A stretch of 64,000 nt of DNA from Victivallaceae bacterium. GTDB lineage: Bacteria; Verrucomicrobiota; Lentisphaeria; Victivallales; Victivallaceae. A model generated the notes under the pieces. The model was not told the origin of the DNA. It saw nothing but the letters and a program-made list of their open reading frames with translations, and did not search any database. The stretch is from positions 44,817-108,816 of the forward strand of contig JAKSOF010000004.1 of NCBI GenBank assembly GCA_024405735.1, given 5' to 3'. The position numbers and the translations under genes were made by a program. This document shows positions 35,930 to 45,077 of this stretch, in pieces. The stretch's first letter is position 1. The number at the start of each line of letters is the position of its first letter.

Positions 35930-37288
35930 TTATTTTCCTGAATTGGCCTTGGCGGCGGCGGCGCGCTGACGGCGGATCTCCGCCTTGGCGAGCCGGAGCG
36001 TCTGTACGAGCGGACGGTGCGCCGGACAAACGTAGGCGCAACTGCCGCACTCCAGACAATCCATCACGTGATTCTGCTCGGCAAGGTCGATGCGACCGCC
36101 TTCGATCGCCGTCGCCAGCAAGCAGGTGCAAAGCCCCATCGGGCATCCCTGTACGCAACGGCCGCAGCGGATGCAACTGCCCGAGCGGTAATTCAATGCC
36201 CGGCGGCGGCTGAAAAGCAACACGCCGGAAGTATTTTTCGAGATCGGCACTTCATAGGAATTCTGCGCGAAGCCCATCATCGGTCCGCCGAGGATGAGTT
36301 TGCTCGGCTCGTCGGTGACGCCGCCGCAGAATTCGATCGCCTTGATGACGGGCGTACCGATGCGCAGTTTCCAGTTGCCGGGATCTTTCAGGACTTTGCC
36401 GGAAACCGTCACGATGCGCTCGACAAGCGGGATCCCGAGCGTCACGGCATCGGAAACCGCCGCCGCCGTGCCGACGTTTTGCACCACGCAACCGACGTCC
36501 GCCGGCAGACCGCCGGGCGGCACGACGCGGTTGACGATCGCGTGGATCAACTGCTTTTCGCTCCCCTGCGGATACTGCACCTGCAACGGGATGATCTTAA
36601 TGCCGTAATCTTCGGAAAAACGCTCCAGTTCGGCGATGGCGTCGTGTTTGTTGATCTCGATGCCGATGTAGATTTTGTCGATGCCGAGGATGTGCCCGAT
36701 GATCGCCGCGCCTTCGAGGACGCGGCAGGGCGATTCGAGCATCAGACGGTGGTCGGCGCTCAAATAAGGCTCGCACTCCGCGCCGTTGAGGATCAGAGTG
36801 TCCACCTTTTTTCCCGGCGGGATCGTCAGTTTCACCCGGGTCGGGAAGCTCGCGCCGCCCATACCGACCAGTCCCGCGTCGGCGACGCGGTCGAGCAGAA
36901 GTTGCGGCTCCGCGCTCCGCCAGTCGGGGATCGGCTCAAAAGGATCGGTCTCGCGGTCTTCGCCGTCCGAACGGATGTCGATGGCAAGCGCGGGTACGCC
37001 CATCGGTCCCGGCACCTCGATGATGCCGGCGACTTCGCCGCTCGTCGGGCTGTGCAGATTCGCCGAAACAAATCCGGAAGCCTTGGCGAGCAACTGGTAT
37101 TTCAGCACCTTGTCGCCCGGCTTGATGATGACTTCAGGCGCCTTGCCCGCATTTTCCTGCACGAGCACGGTATAACGCTCCAGCAACGGCGCCGTATGCA
37201 CCGCGTGGGTATTGGTCAGTTTCTTGCCCGCGCTCACCGGGTGGATGCCGCCGGTGAAACTCATCACTTTACGCGAACTTTTATTCAT
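35930..37288 (-). CDS. rnfC: Rnf complex subunit C
   Basis: GMGGASFPT, NGAECEPYL, and two 4Fe-4S motifs (CIRCGRCVQGCP, CLECGSCAYVCP). Confidence 0.93.
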   Translation of the reverse strand: MNKSSRKVMSFTGGIHPVSAGKKLTNTHAVHTAPLLERYTVLVQENAGKAPEVIIKPGDKVLKYQLLAKASGFVSANLHSPTSGEVAGIIEVPGPMGVPALAIDIRSDGEDRETDPFEPIPDWRSAEPQLLLDRVADAGLVGMGGASFPTRVKLTIPPGKKVDTLILNGAECEPYLSADHRLMLESPCRVLEGAAIIGHILGIDKIYIGIEINKHDAIAELERFSEDYGIKIIPLQVQYPQGSEKQLIHAIVNRVVPPGGLPADVGCVVQNVGTAAAVSDAVTLGIPLVERIVTVSGKVLKDPGNWKLRIGTPVIKAIEFCGGVTDEPSKLILGGPMMGFAQNSYEVPISKNTSGVLLFSRRRALNYRSGSCIRCGRCVQGCPMGLCTCLLATAIEGGRIDLAEQNHVMDCLECGSCAYVCPAHRPLVQTLRLAKAEIRRQRAAAAKANSGK

Positions 37289-38127
37289 TTGTTTTCTCCC
37301 TTACCGGCATTTTTTTCGCTTTCGTAGTGTCCGGCTTCCGAAGCGAGCGCGCCGGTCGGGCACTTGATCGCCTCGATTTCCTCCGCGCCGGGAAGTTTTT
37401 CCGCTTCGTAGTTGACGCTCGCGAGGAAGCCCGTCTTGGTGAACTGGTCGGGATAGGCGCGTTCGCACTTGCCGCAACCGATACAGCCGCCGTGACAGAG
37501 CGAACGCTTGGTCGCGCCCTTTTCCGGAGAATTGCAATAAACGTGCGCCGACGAATTCGCCGGCACCAGTTTGATGACGCCGCGCGGACACGCCGTCACG
37601 CACTTGCCGCAACCGACGCAGAGTTCCTGATGGACCACGGCGAGCGAATTGATGACTTCGATCGCGCCGAAAGGACATGCGTGCGCGCAATTCCCCATAC
37701 CGATACAGCCGTAACGGCAACCCTTGGGACCGCCGCCGATCATATTCGCCGCGGCGCAGTCGATCGCGCCGTTGTAGAATTTGCGCATCTGCGTCTGATA
37801 TTTGTCGCCGGAGCAGCAGACGACGGCGCGGCGGGCGAAACCTTCGCCGGGATCGACGCCAAGGGCAAACGCGATGGCGTTGACCTGTTCGCGGCTCGAC
37901 ACGGGACAGCGGTTCGGCTGAAGTTTGCCGCTGGCGACCGCTTTGGCGAAATCGGCGCATCCGGCACAACCGCATCCGCCGCAGTTGGCGCCGGGCAACA
38001 GCTCCAGCACCAGTTCGACGCGCGGGTCGCTCTTGACCTTAAAGAATTTAACAAAAATACCGATGGCAGTACCGAGCACCAATGCGAGCACCCCCATCAC
38101 CAGAGCGGAGACGATCAAACCTGACAT
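37285..38127 (-). CDS. rnfB: Rnf complex subunit B (polyferredoxin-type)
   Basis: N-terminal TM helix, CGGCGCAGC cluster, and several CxxCxxCxxxCP ferredoxin motifs. Confidence 0.9.
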   Translation of the reverse strand: MSGLIVSALVMGVLALVLGTAIGIFVKFFKVKSDPRVELVLELLPGANCGGCGCAGCADFAKAVASGKLQPNRCPVSSREQVNAIAFALGVDPGEGFARRAVVCCSGDKYQTQMRKFYNGAIDCAAANMIGGGPKGCRYGCIGMGNCAHACPFGAIEVINSLAVVHQELCVGCGKCVTACPRGVIKLVPANSSAHVYCNSPEKGATKRSLCHGGCIGCGKCERAYPDQFTKTGFLASVNYEAEKLPGAEEIEAIKCPTGALASEAGHYESEKNAGKGENK

Positions 38128-38146
38128 AACTTACGCCCCCCTTTCC

Positions 38147-38737
38147 TTAACAAAGCCCGGCGAATCCGCAAAACGCCATTGCGAGGATCCCCGCCGTCAC
38201 CAGAGCGATCGGCGTCCCTTCAAACGCCTTGGGCGGCGTCGCCAGCTCCAATTTTTCGCGCAAGCTCGAAAAGAGCAAAATCGCCAATGCGAAACCGACC
38301 CCCGAAAAGCATCCGAAGATCGTCGCATCCAAAACCGAATAATTCGCCTTGGCGTTGAGCGTCGCGACGCCGAGCACCGCGCAGTTGGTCGTAATCAGCG
38401 GCAGATAGATGCCGAGCGCCTGATAGAGCGCGGGACTGAGTTTCTGCAGGACGATCTCGATGATCTGTACCAGTGCGGCGATGACGAGGATAAAAAGCAG
38501 TACCTGCAGAAATCCGAGGTCGTAGGTCACGCCGCCGAGCGTGAAGTGCAGTAAATAACGGTAGATCGCCGCAGTGATCGCCGAGGCGAGCGTCATCACA
38601 AAGACGACCGCCCCCGACATCCCCATCGCGGTCGAGACCCGCTTGGAGACCCCGAGGAAGGGACAGATGCCGAGAAAACGCGACAAAACGAAATTGTAGA
38701 CCAGTACGGCTCCGACGGTAAGTTCAAGATATTTCAC
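38147..38737 (-). CDS. rnfA: Rnf complex subunit A
   Basis: GTG start after AAAGGAGAA. NFVLSRFLGICPFLG and LPLITTNCAVLG motifs. Confidence 0.93.
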   Translation of the reverse strand: MKYLELTVGAVLVYNFVLSRFLGICPFLGVSKRVSTAMGMSGAVVFVMTLASAITAAIYRYLLHFTLGGVTYDLGFLQVLLFILVIAALVQIIEIVLQKLSPALYQALGIYLPLITTNCAVLGVATLNAKANYSVLDATIFGCFSGVGFALAILLFSSLREKLELATPPKAFEGTPIALVTAGILAMAFCGFAGLC

Positions 38738-38811
38738 GATGATTCTCCTTTGCTCACAAGCAAATATAACACCGCATTGTGAATTTTACCACAACAAAAA
38801 CAAAGATTTTT

Positions 38812-39279
38812 TTATTTTACGCAACCGAAACATTCGAGCGCGACTTTGACGACCACTTTCAGCACGCGGCTCCCGTCACCGACGTCGGGCAGATGCCCCT
38901 CCCCCGGAAAGAGCAAAAGGAAAACACCGGGGTAAAGTTGCGCCGAAACATCCGTTTTGCCGAGCATTTTGAATCCGCAATCCTTTTCCGCGGAATAAGG
39001 CGTCGTATCCTCTCCGTCAAGCGGTCCGCACAAGACCGCTTCCGCTCCGGAAGCGACGAGCTGGATATCGGCGTATTTTACGTGATATTCCAGTTTTTCC
39101 GGAAACGCCTCGTGGCTGTGCGTATCGTTGACGTTGACGTAGATTTTATCGCCGTCCAATTCATAACGCCCCGGCGGGGTATTTTCTTTCAGCGTGCTGA
39201 AAAAAGCGGCGATCTTGCTCCACGCTTCGGGCGCAAGCGCCGCATAATCGGCGAAATTTTCCAAGCGGTCGTAAATCAT
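38812..39279 (-). CDS. YhcH/YjgK/YiaL (DUF386, EbgC-like) family protein
   Basis: 155 aa. MIYDRLENF...GRYELDGDKIYVNV...YHVKYADIQL...FLLLFPGEGH pattern. Confidence 0.8.
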   Translation of the reverse strand: MIYDRLENFADYAALAPEAWSKIAAFFSTLKENTPPGRYELDGDKIYVNVNDTHSHEAFPEKLEYHVKYADIQLVASGAEAVLCGPLDGEDTTPYSAEKDCGFKMLGKTDVSAQLYPGVFLLLFPGEGHLPDVGDGSRVLKVVVKVALECFGCVK

Positions 39280-39413
39280 AATCCATCCTTTTCCGCCCGT
39301 TTTTCGGGCATGGACTTACTGTAGCACCGAAATCCGCCGCGCGCAATGGCAATTTTGTAAATTTTTATGGTAATAAACGTGCGCGCAGGAAAAACGATGC
39401 CGTCAAGGAAAGA

Positions 39414-40475
39414 TTATTTTTCGATCATGATCCGCCGGAAAGATTCGATCTCCTCCCGCGTCGCGCCGCCTGAAATCAGGTAGAGCGCCGCCGCTTCGGC
39501 GAGATCGGGCGAAAGCGCGTAAAGTTTTTCCAGCAGCGTGTCGAATTGCTTGAAACCGACCCGCCTTTCGGCGAAAATCGAACAGGTGGTGAATTCGTAA
39601 TCCGCGAGGATGTCGCTTTCCGGAATGCCGAGCAATGCTTCGAGCAGTACGGCGAGCGTACCGCCCCGGTCGGCGCTGCCCCAGCAATGGAAGTAGACGG
39701 GATAATTCTTTTCATCGGCGAGCAGTTTCAAAATTTTCGCATACTGTTTCGCCTGCTCTTCGCAGAAAATCATATCGTAGGGGCGGATCGCGATATTGAC
39801 CCACTGGACTTTTGCCGGATCGAGCGTCGGCTTGTAACCGGGCGGGACTTCCGTGCCGCCGCGCAGATCGAGGTCGGTTTTGAGTTTGATGTCGCGGTAA
39901 AGCACCTGTTTGCCCGACGGCTTGATGATCTGATGGCGGTCGAATTCCGAGCCGCGGTAGATCATCCCCTGGCGGACACGCGCACCGCTTTTCGTTTTGT
40001 AGCCGCCGAGGTCGCGCACGTTGGTTGCGCCGGGCACATTGATCCAGCGCGGGAATTCATCCGCGACAAAAAAGCGGCTCCACGCCGACGAAAAACCGCC
40101 GCAGACGATCCGCCAGCAGTAGAAAGTCGCCGCCTTGAGGTTGTAGACCAAAAATTCGTCTTTTTCCGTTTCGTGACGGATGACGTTTCGCGCGTTTTCC
40201 GGCTCTTTCCCCTCGGCGATCTCCAACACGCGGCGTCCTTTTGCCGGAGCGCCGCTCCACTTGAAAACGACCGGTTCCGGGATCGAATGGTCGATCTTGC
40301 TCGGCGTCAGATTGAGATAATCGATGAAAACATCCTTGCGCGGAGCGCGCTGACGCGCCACCTCCTTTTGCGCGAAATCGCGCTGGAAATCACTCCACAA
40401 TGAAACGGTTTCCTCGGGTGCGGGCGAGAGGAGGACGATCGCGGGGGCGAGCAATTTGACTACGGACGTTTTCAT
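39414..40475 (-). CDS. secreted tyrosine-phosphatase-family protein (Y_phosphatase3-like) with N-terminal beta-rich domain
   Basis: Start at MKTSVVKLLAPAIVLL (TAATG overlap with the upstream stop). NVRDLGGY and the HCWGSADRGGT (CX5R) motifs. Confidence 0.75.
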   Translation of the reverse strand: MKTSVVKLLAPAIVLLSPAPEETVSLWSDFQRDFAQKEVARQRAPRKDVFIDYLNLTPSKIDHSIPEPVVFKWSGAPAKGRRVLEIAEGKEPENARNVIRHETEKDEFLVYNLKAATFYCWRIVCGGFSSAWSRFFVADEFPRWINVPGATNVRDLGGYKTKSGARVRQGMIYRGSEFDRHQIIKPSGKQVLYRDIKLKTDLDLRGGTEVPPGYKPTLDPAKVQWVNIAIRPYDMIFCEEQAKQYAKILKLLADEKNYPVYFHCWGSADRGGTLAVLLEALLGIPESDILADYEFTTCSIFAERRVGFKQFDTLLEKLYALSPDLAEAAALYLISGGATREEIESFRRIMIEK

Positions 40476-42745
40476 TAATCTTTCATCTTTCTCAATTCGG
40501 TGCGGCGGATCTTGCCGCTGACGGTTTTGGGCATTGCGGCAAGAAACTCCACTTTGCGCGGATATTTGTAGGGCGCGGTGTGGTGTTTCACGTAATTTTG
40601 AATATCGGTCTTGAGGTCTTCGGTGCCCTCGGTGCCTTCGGTCAGCACGATGAAAGCCTTGACCAGTTGACCGCGGATCTCGTCGGGCACGCCGACGACG
40701 GCGCATTCGAGGACGTAGGGCAATTCCATAATGACGCTCTCGATCTCAAAGGGACCGATGCGGTAACCGCTCGACTTGATGAGATCGTCGACCCTGCCGA
40801 CGTACCAGTAATAGCCGTCCTCGTCCATCCACGCGGTGTCGCCGGTATGATAGTAGCCGTCGTGCCACGCGGCATCGGTCGCTTCGGCATTGTCGAAATA
40901 GCCTTTGAAAAGCCCGGGGACAGTCCCTTTTTCCGCCTTGACGCAGATCTCGCCCGTCTCTCCGGTCGGCACGGGATTGCCGTCGGCGTCGAGCAACGCC
41001 ACCTGATACTGCGGCGACGGACGCCCCATCGACCCCGGTTTCGGCTCCATCCCGAGCAAGTTGCCGATCAGCATCGTCGTTTCGGTCTGCCCGAAAGCCT
41101 CCATCAGTTTGATGCCGGTCGCTTTCTGGAACTGGTAGAAAACTTCGGGATTGAGCGCCTCTCCCGCGATGCAGGCGTATTTGAGGCTGGAAAGATCGTA
41201 TTTGGAAAGGTCTTCCTTGATGAAAAAGCGGTACATCGTCGGCGGCGCGCAAAAAGTCGTCACGTTGAATTCCTTGAAAAGCGCAAGGATGTCCGCCGCG
41301 TTGAAGCGGTCGAAATCGTAGGTCAAAACCGCGCCTTCGCAGAGCCATTGCCCGTAGATCTTGCCCCAGAGCGCCTTGCCCCACCCGGTGTCGGAAATGG
41401 TGAAATGCGTCCCGTTGGGGCGGACATTCTGCCACCAGCGGGCGGTGATGATGTGACCGATCGGGTAGTTCATCGCGTGGACGACCGCCTTGGGATAGCC
41501 GGTCGTGCCGCTGGAAAAGAACATCAGTCCGGGATCGGTCGCTTTCAAATCGGCGGGACGCTCGAAATACGGCGGAAAAGCGTGGACTTCGCGGTTGAAA
41601 TTGTGCCAGTTTTCCCGTTCGCCGTTGACGATGATCTTAAGTTTCAATCCGGGCGCGTCTTTTGCCGCGTCGTCGACCGAATCGGCGACGTCGCCGTCGG
41701 CGGTCGCAAGAATCCCCTTGATTTTTCCGTAATTGAAGCGGTAGACGTAATCGTGCGCGAGCAACTGATTGGAAGCCGGCACCGCGATCGCGCCGATGCG
41801 GTGAAGCGCATTGAGCACGAACCAGAACTGGTAATGCCGTTTCAGCACGACCATAATGCGGTCGCCTTTTTGAACGCCGAGCGACACGAGATAATTGGCG
41901 GTGCGCGCCGATTCCTCGCTCAACTCCTGAAAGGTGAAATTGCGGGTGCGGTGTTCGCGGTCGACGTGGATCAGCGCCGGTTTATCGGGGCACTTTTTCG
42001 CCAGTTCGTCGAGCACGTCAAAGGCGAAATTGAAATTTTCCGGGCAGTGGAATTCCACTCCCTTGAGAAATCCGTTTTCGTCGAGCGTTTCGGTGAGGAA
42101 ACGGTGATAGATCAATCCGTCGTAGGAAACTTCGCGGTCGTGGGGCATGATCCCTTCCGGCTGATAGGTGATCTCGGCGCCGCCCGCGCTGTTGATCGTC
42201 ACCGCAAGAAAACGGCAGGGCTCGTCGCCGATGGCGATCATCCCGTGCGGATGCGACGAGTCGTAGAGCATACTGTCGCCGGGATGCAGGATCTCGATCT
42301 GATTGTCGAACTGCGTTTTCAATGTGCCCGACAAAACGAAATTGAATTCCTCCCCCGTGTGCGTCGTCAGGTGGATCGGCGCATTTTCCGGCTGCGGCGG
42401 AGCGGTGACGATAAAGGGGTCGGCAAGACGGTTTTTCAGCCGCGCCGCAAGATGCAGATACTCGAATCCGTGTTTGCGTTTGATGACGTCGCCGCTTCCC
42501 GCGCGGGTGACCGTACAGTAGGAAAGCGTCGGCATATCCCCCGTGACGAGCGTGCCGATGTCGACGCCGAAATAATCCGCGCAACGCAGAATAAAGGTGA
42601 AAGAACTGTCGATTTCGCCCGCTTCGTGCTGAAGATACTCTTTTTCGCTCAGTCCGGTCACCCTCGCCATCTCGGCGACGGAAACATCCCTGACCTGCCG
42701 GATCTCGCGCAACCGGCTTCCCAACTGGATCAACTGATTTTCCAT
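40475..42745 (-). CDS. XRE-type HTH + cupin domain fused to AMP-forming acyl-CoA synthetase
   Basis: N-terminus LGSRLREIRQVRDVSVAEMARVTGLSEKEYLQHEAG (HTH_3), then a cupin (GEEFNFVLSGTL...PGDSMLYDSSHPHG). The ANL core follows: FFSSGTTGYPKAVVH, YHTGD, SSGYRIGPFEIE, PKTVSGKIRR. Confidence 0.85.
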   Translation of the reverse strand: MENQLIQLGSRLREIRQVRDVSVAEMARVTGLSEKEYLQHEAGEIDSSFTFILRCADYFGVDIGTLVTGDMPTLSYCTVTRAGSGDVIKRKHGFEYLHLAARLKNRLADPFIVTAPPQPENAPIHLTTHTGEEFNFVLSGTLKTQFDNQIEILHPGDSMLYDSSHPHGMIAIGDEPCRFLAVTINSAGGAEITYQPEGIMPHDREVSYDGLIYHRFLTETLDENGFLKGVEFHCPENFNFAFDVLDELAKKCPDKPALIHVDREHRTRNFTFQELSEESARTANYLVSLGVQKGDRIMVVLKRHYQFWFVLNALHRIGAIAVPASNQLLAHDYVYRFNYGKIKGILATADGDVADSVDDAAKDAPGLKLKIIVNGERENWHNFNREVHAFPPYFERPADLKATDPGLMFFSSGTTGYPKAVVHAMNYPIGHIITARWWQNVRPNGTHFTISDTGWGKALWGKIYGQWLCEGAVLTYDFDRFNAADILALFKEFNVTTFCAPPTMYRFFIKEDLSKYDLSSLKYACIAGEALNPEVFYQFQKATGIKLMEAFGQTETTMLIGNLLGMEPKPGSMGRPSPQYQVALLDADGNPVPTGETGEICVKAEKGTVPGLFKGYFDNAEATDAAWHDGYYHTGDTAWMDEDGYYWYVGRVDDLIKSSGYRIGPFEIESVIMELPYVLECAVVGVPDEIRGQLVKAFIVLTEGTEGTEDLKTDIQNYVKHHTAPYKYPRKVEFLAAMPKTVSGKIRRTELRKMKD

Positions 42746-42785
42746 ATTTTCTCGTTTTCGGCCCGACGGCCATCTTAAACTCTTT

Positions 42786-42864
42786 GCCGCCTTTTCCTGA
42801 AAAGCGAAAGGCGGCGTTTCCCGGAGACCGGAAGCGCCGCCCGCATCACCGGCAACCGCTTCCG
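42786..42864 (-). promoter_or_regulatory. two strong hairpins in the leader of the XRE-cupin-ACS gene
   Basis: GCCGCCTTT (42786-42794) pairs with AAAGGCGGC (42807-42815). CCGGAAGCG (42827-42835) pairs with CGCTTCCGG (42856-42864). Confidence 0.4.
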
Positions 42865-42947
42865 GCTGCCGGCGGATCGCTCCATATCCCGGTCAGCGGA
42901 AAGCCTCCGGAATAATAATAATGCTGAAATCAGGGTGAAAGGACGCG

Positions 42948-42959
42948 CCGTGCGCGCAC
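42948..42959. promoter_or_regulatory. perfect 12-bp palindrome CGTGCGCGCACG in the divergent intergenic region (possible HTH operator)
   Basis: The palindrome is read directly from the sequence. The operator role is speculative. Confidence 0.25.
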
Positions 42960-43079
42960 GAAACAAATTTTTTCATCGTTTTCCTCTTTTCCCCCGCTTT
43001 CCGGATTTGCCAAAACGGTCAATCCGCATTATTTTATATAAAGCATTTCTTTAATATACACCGCTTTTTGAAAAAGTAA

Positions 43080-44237
43080 ATGGCAGGCAAAAAAAATTTT
43101 TGGGATCGTTTCGGCGAACGCTTCGACGACCTCGACGCGGGGACGCGGCAGGCGTATTTACTGCGTCTGGCGCGCGAACGCGGTTTCTTTGAAACGGTTT
43201 TCAACGCCGTCGACGAAGGGATTTTAGTGATCGACCGCCAGTTGAAACTGCGTTACTTCAACCGGGCGGCGAAGGAGATGCTCGCGCTTCCCGAAGACAT
43301 CGCCGAACTGCGGGTCTCCCAACTTCTGCCCGATCTCGACTGGCGGACGATCCTCCAGGACGGCGACGACGGCTGGAGCCGCGTCGCGCGGCAGGAACTC
43401 GAGATCCTCTACCCCTCGCCCAAATTCGTCCAACTCTACCTCGTGCCGCTCCCGGAGGACAAAAACCTCGCGGCGGTCATTTTGCGCGACGTCAGCGAAT
43501 CGCGCAAACGCACCAAGGATGAATTGGAGCGCGAAACGACACAGGCGGTCTCGCTCCTCGCGGCGGGCGTCGCCCACGAGATCGGCAATCCGCTCAACAG
43601 CCTTTACCTCAATCTGCAGTTGCTGGAGGGCACGCCCGACCAGCCGGTCGATCCCGACGAAGCGCGCGAGATGATCCGCACCTGTAAAAACGAAGTCGAG
43701 CGTCTCGACAGCATCATTCACCGCTTCCTCGGCGCCATCCGCCCGGGCAAAGGCGCGTTCGCTCCGGTCGAAGTGGAAAAACTGCTCGTCGACGTCCTCA
43801 ATTTCATGCGCGCCGAGATCGAAGCGCGCCACGTCGAAGTCAAATGCGATTTCGCGGCGCAACTGCCCAAAATTTCCGGCAACGCCGATCAGTTGAAACA
43901 GGCTTTTTACAACATCATCCGCAACGCCGCCCAGGCGATGACCAACGGCGGGAAACTCGGCATCTACGGCTTTGCCGAAAAAGATTTTCTCGTCGTCGAA
44001 TTCGCCGATACGGGTTCGGGCGTAACGCCGGAAAACCTCTCGACGATGTTTCAGGCTTTCCGCACCACCAAATCCGGCGGCAACGGCATCGGCACGATGA
44101 TCATCGAACGCGTCTGCCGCGAGCACGGCGCGGATTTCGGTTTGATCTCGCGCCCCGGCAAAGGGACGCTTTTTCAGATCCGCTTCCCGCTCGGACACCG
44201 GCGGATGCGCCTCTTACCCAACGCCGAAGAGAATTGA
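43080..44237 (+). CDS. cytoplasmic PAS-domain sensor histidine kinase (no adjacent response regulator)
   Basis: PAS (FNAVDEGILVIDRQLKLRYFNRAA), H-box AHEIGNPLNSL, N-box IIRNAAQAM, G-boxes DTGSGV and GGNGIGT. No TM segments. Confidence 0.88.
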   Translation: MAGKKNFWDRFGERFDDLDAGTRQAYLLRLARERGFFETVFNAVDEGILVIDRQLKLRYFNRAAKEMLALPEDIAELRVSQLLPDLDWRTILQDGDDGWSRVARQELEILYPSPKFVQLYLVPLPEDKNLAAVILRDVSESRKRTKDELERETTQAVSLLAAGVAHEIGNPLNSLYLNLQLLEGTPDQPVDPDEAREMIRTCKNEVERLDSIIHRFLGAIRPGKGAFAPVEVEKLLVDVLNFMRAEIEARHVEVKCDFAAQLPKISGNADQLKQAFYNIIRNAAQAMTNGGKLGIYGFAEKDFLVVEFADTGSGVTPENLSTMFQAFRTTKSGGNGIGTMIIERVCREHGADFGLISRPGKGTLFQIRFPLGHRRMRLLPNAEEN

Positions 44238-44240
44238 TTT

Positions 44241-44972
44241 ATGCTCGTCGTGCTCGATCAGGTCGATTCGACCAACACGTTTTTGAAAAACCACTTCGAC
44301 GAATTCCCCGACGGCGCGGTCGTCGCCGCCTTGGAGCAGACGGCGGGGCGCGGCAGGCTCGGCCGTCCGTGGCTTCAGCAAAAAAATAATGACATCGCCC
44401 TGAGCGTCGTTTTCAAAAAACTGGAAACGGGATTCCACGCGGGCGCGATCGTCGGACTTGCCGCGCTGGAAGTCGCCCGCGAAGCAATGCCGCAAAGCGA
44501 ACTTTTTTTCAAATGGCCCAACGACCTTTACAGCGCAGACAAAAAACTTGCCGGGATCCTTTCCGAAGGCATCTGGCGTCAGGGCAGACTTGCCGGTGTC
44601 GTCTGCGGCATCGGCATCAACGTCAACAGCGATGAAAACGCGCTTTGCGCCATCGGTCAGCCGGCGACGAGTTTTTTCGCGCTTTGCGGACAAAAATTCG
44701 AGATAAAAAATCTCCTTGAAAGACTGGAAAAATCCATCGCGCGGCACTATATTAAATATGAACGCGAGCGCGCGCGGATTTTGCACGACTGGCGACGGGA
44801 AAACCGTCTGCTCGGCAGGATGATCGAATTGTCCTTTCCCGACGGGAAACGTCTGGAAGCGCAATTTTCCGGCATCGACGACGACGGGAATCTGATCGCT
44901 CTCTGCAACGGGGAAACGACGGTTTTTGGTTGCGGGGACGTCAAGATCCTCCCCTCTCCGGCAAAACGGTGA
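44241..44972 (+). CDS. birA: biotin--[acetyl-CoA-carboxylase] ligase (class I, no HTH)
   Basis: STNTFLK, QTAGRGRLGRPW, KWPNDL, GIGINV. Confidence 0.9.
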   Translation: MLVVLDQVDSTNTFLKNHFDEFPDGAVVAALEQTAGRGRLGRPWLQQKNNDIALSVVFKKLETGFHAGAIVGLAALEVAREAMPQSELFFKWPNDLYSADKKLAGILSEGIWRQGRLAGVVCGIGINVNSDENALCAIGQPATSFFALCGQKFEIKNLLERLEKSIARHYIKYERERARILHDWRRENRLLGRMIELSFPDGKRLEAQFSGIDDDGNLIALCNGETTVFGCGDVKILPSPAKR

Positions 44973-45077
44973 TCTCTGCGCACCCTGCGGCACGCGGGCG
45001 GAAAACCTGCGGCATTTTTTTTATCGCGACGGCGAAAAAGCGGTTCAAACCGTAAAACATAAACCAAAGAGGTCTTT

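Noticed and set aside
40580-42778. Very long antisense ORFs opposite real genes. This 732-aa ORF is one. Others are 775..1833, 2569..4053, 4184..5692, 11245..12450, 26521..28533, 31097..32662, 45336..46586, 47180..48520 and 60733..62259.
   Set aside because: All are Arg/Gly/Asp/Phe-rich with no recognisable motifs. Each lies opposite an ORF with clear family signatures. Stop-poor antisense frames are expected in high-GC DNA.
42775-42966. 63-aa Arg-rich ORF upstream of the XRE-cupin-ACS gene
   Set aside because: It has no RBS and an extreme Arg/Leu composition. It overlaps the hairpins, which are better explained as leader structure.
44973-45077. Intrinsic terminator after birA, suggested by a T8 run at about 45016-45023
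   Set aside because: The preceding sequence contains direct CTGCGG repeats, and I could not pair a convincing stem.
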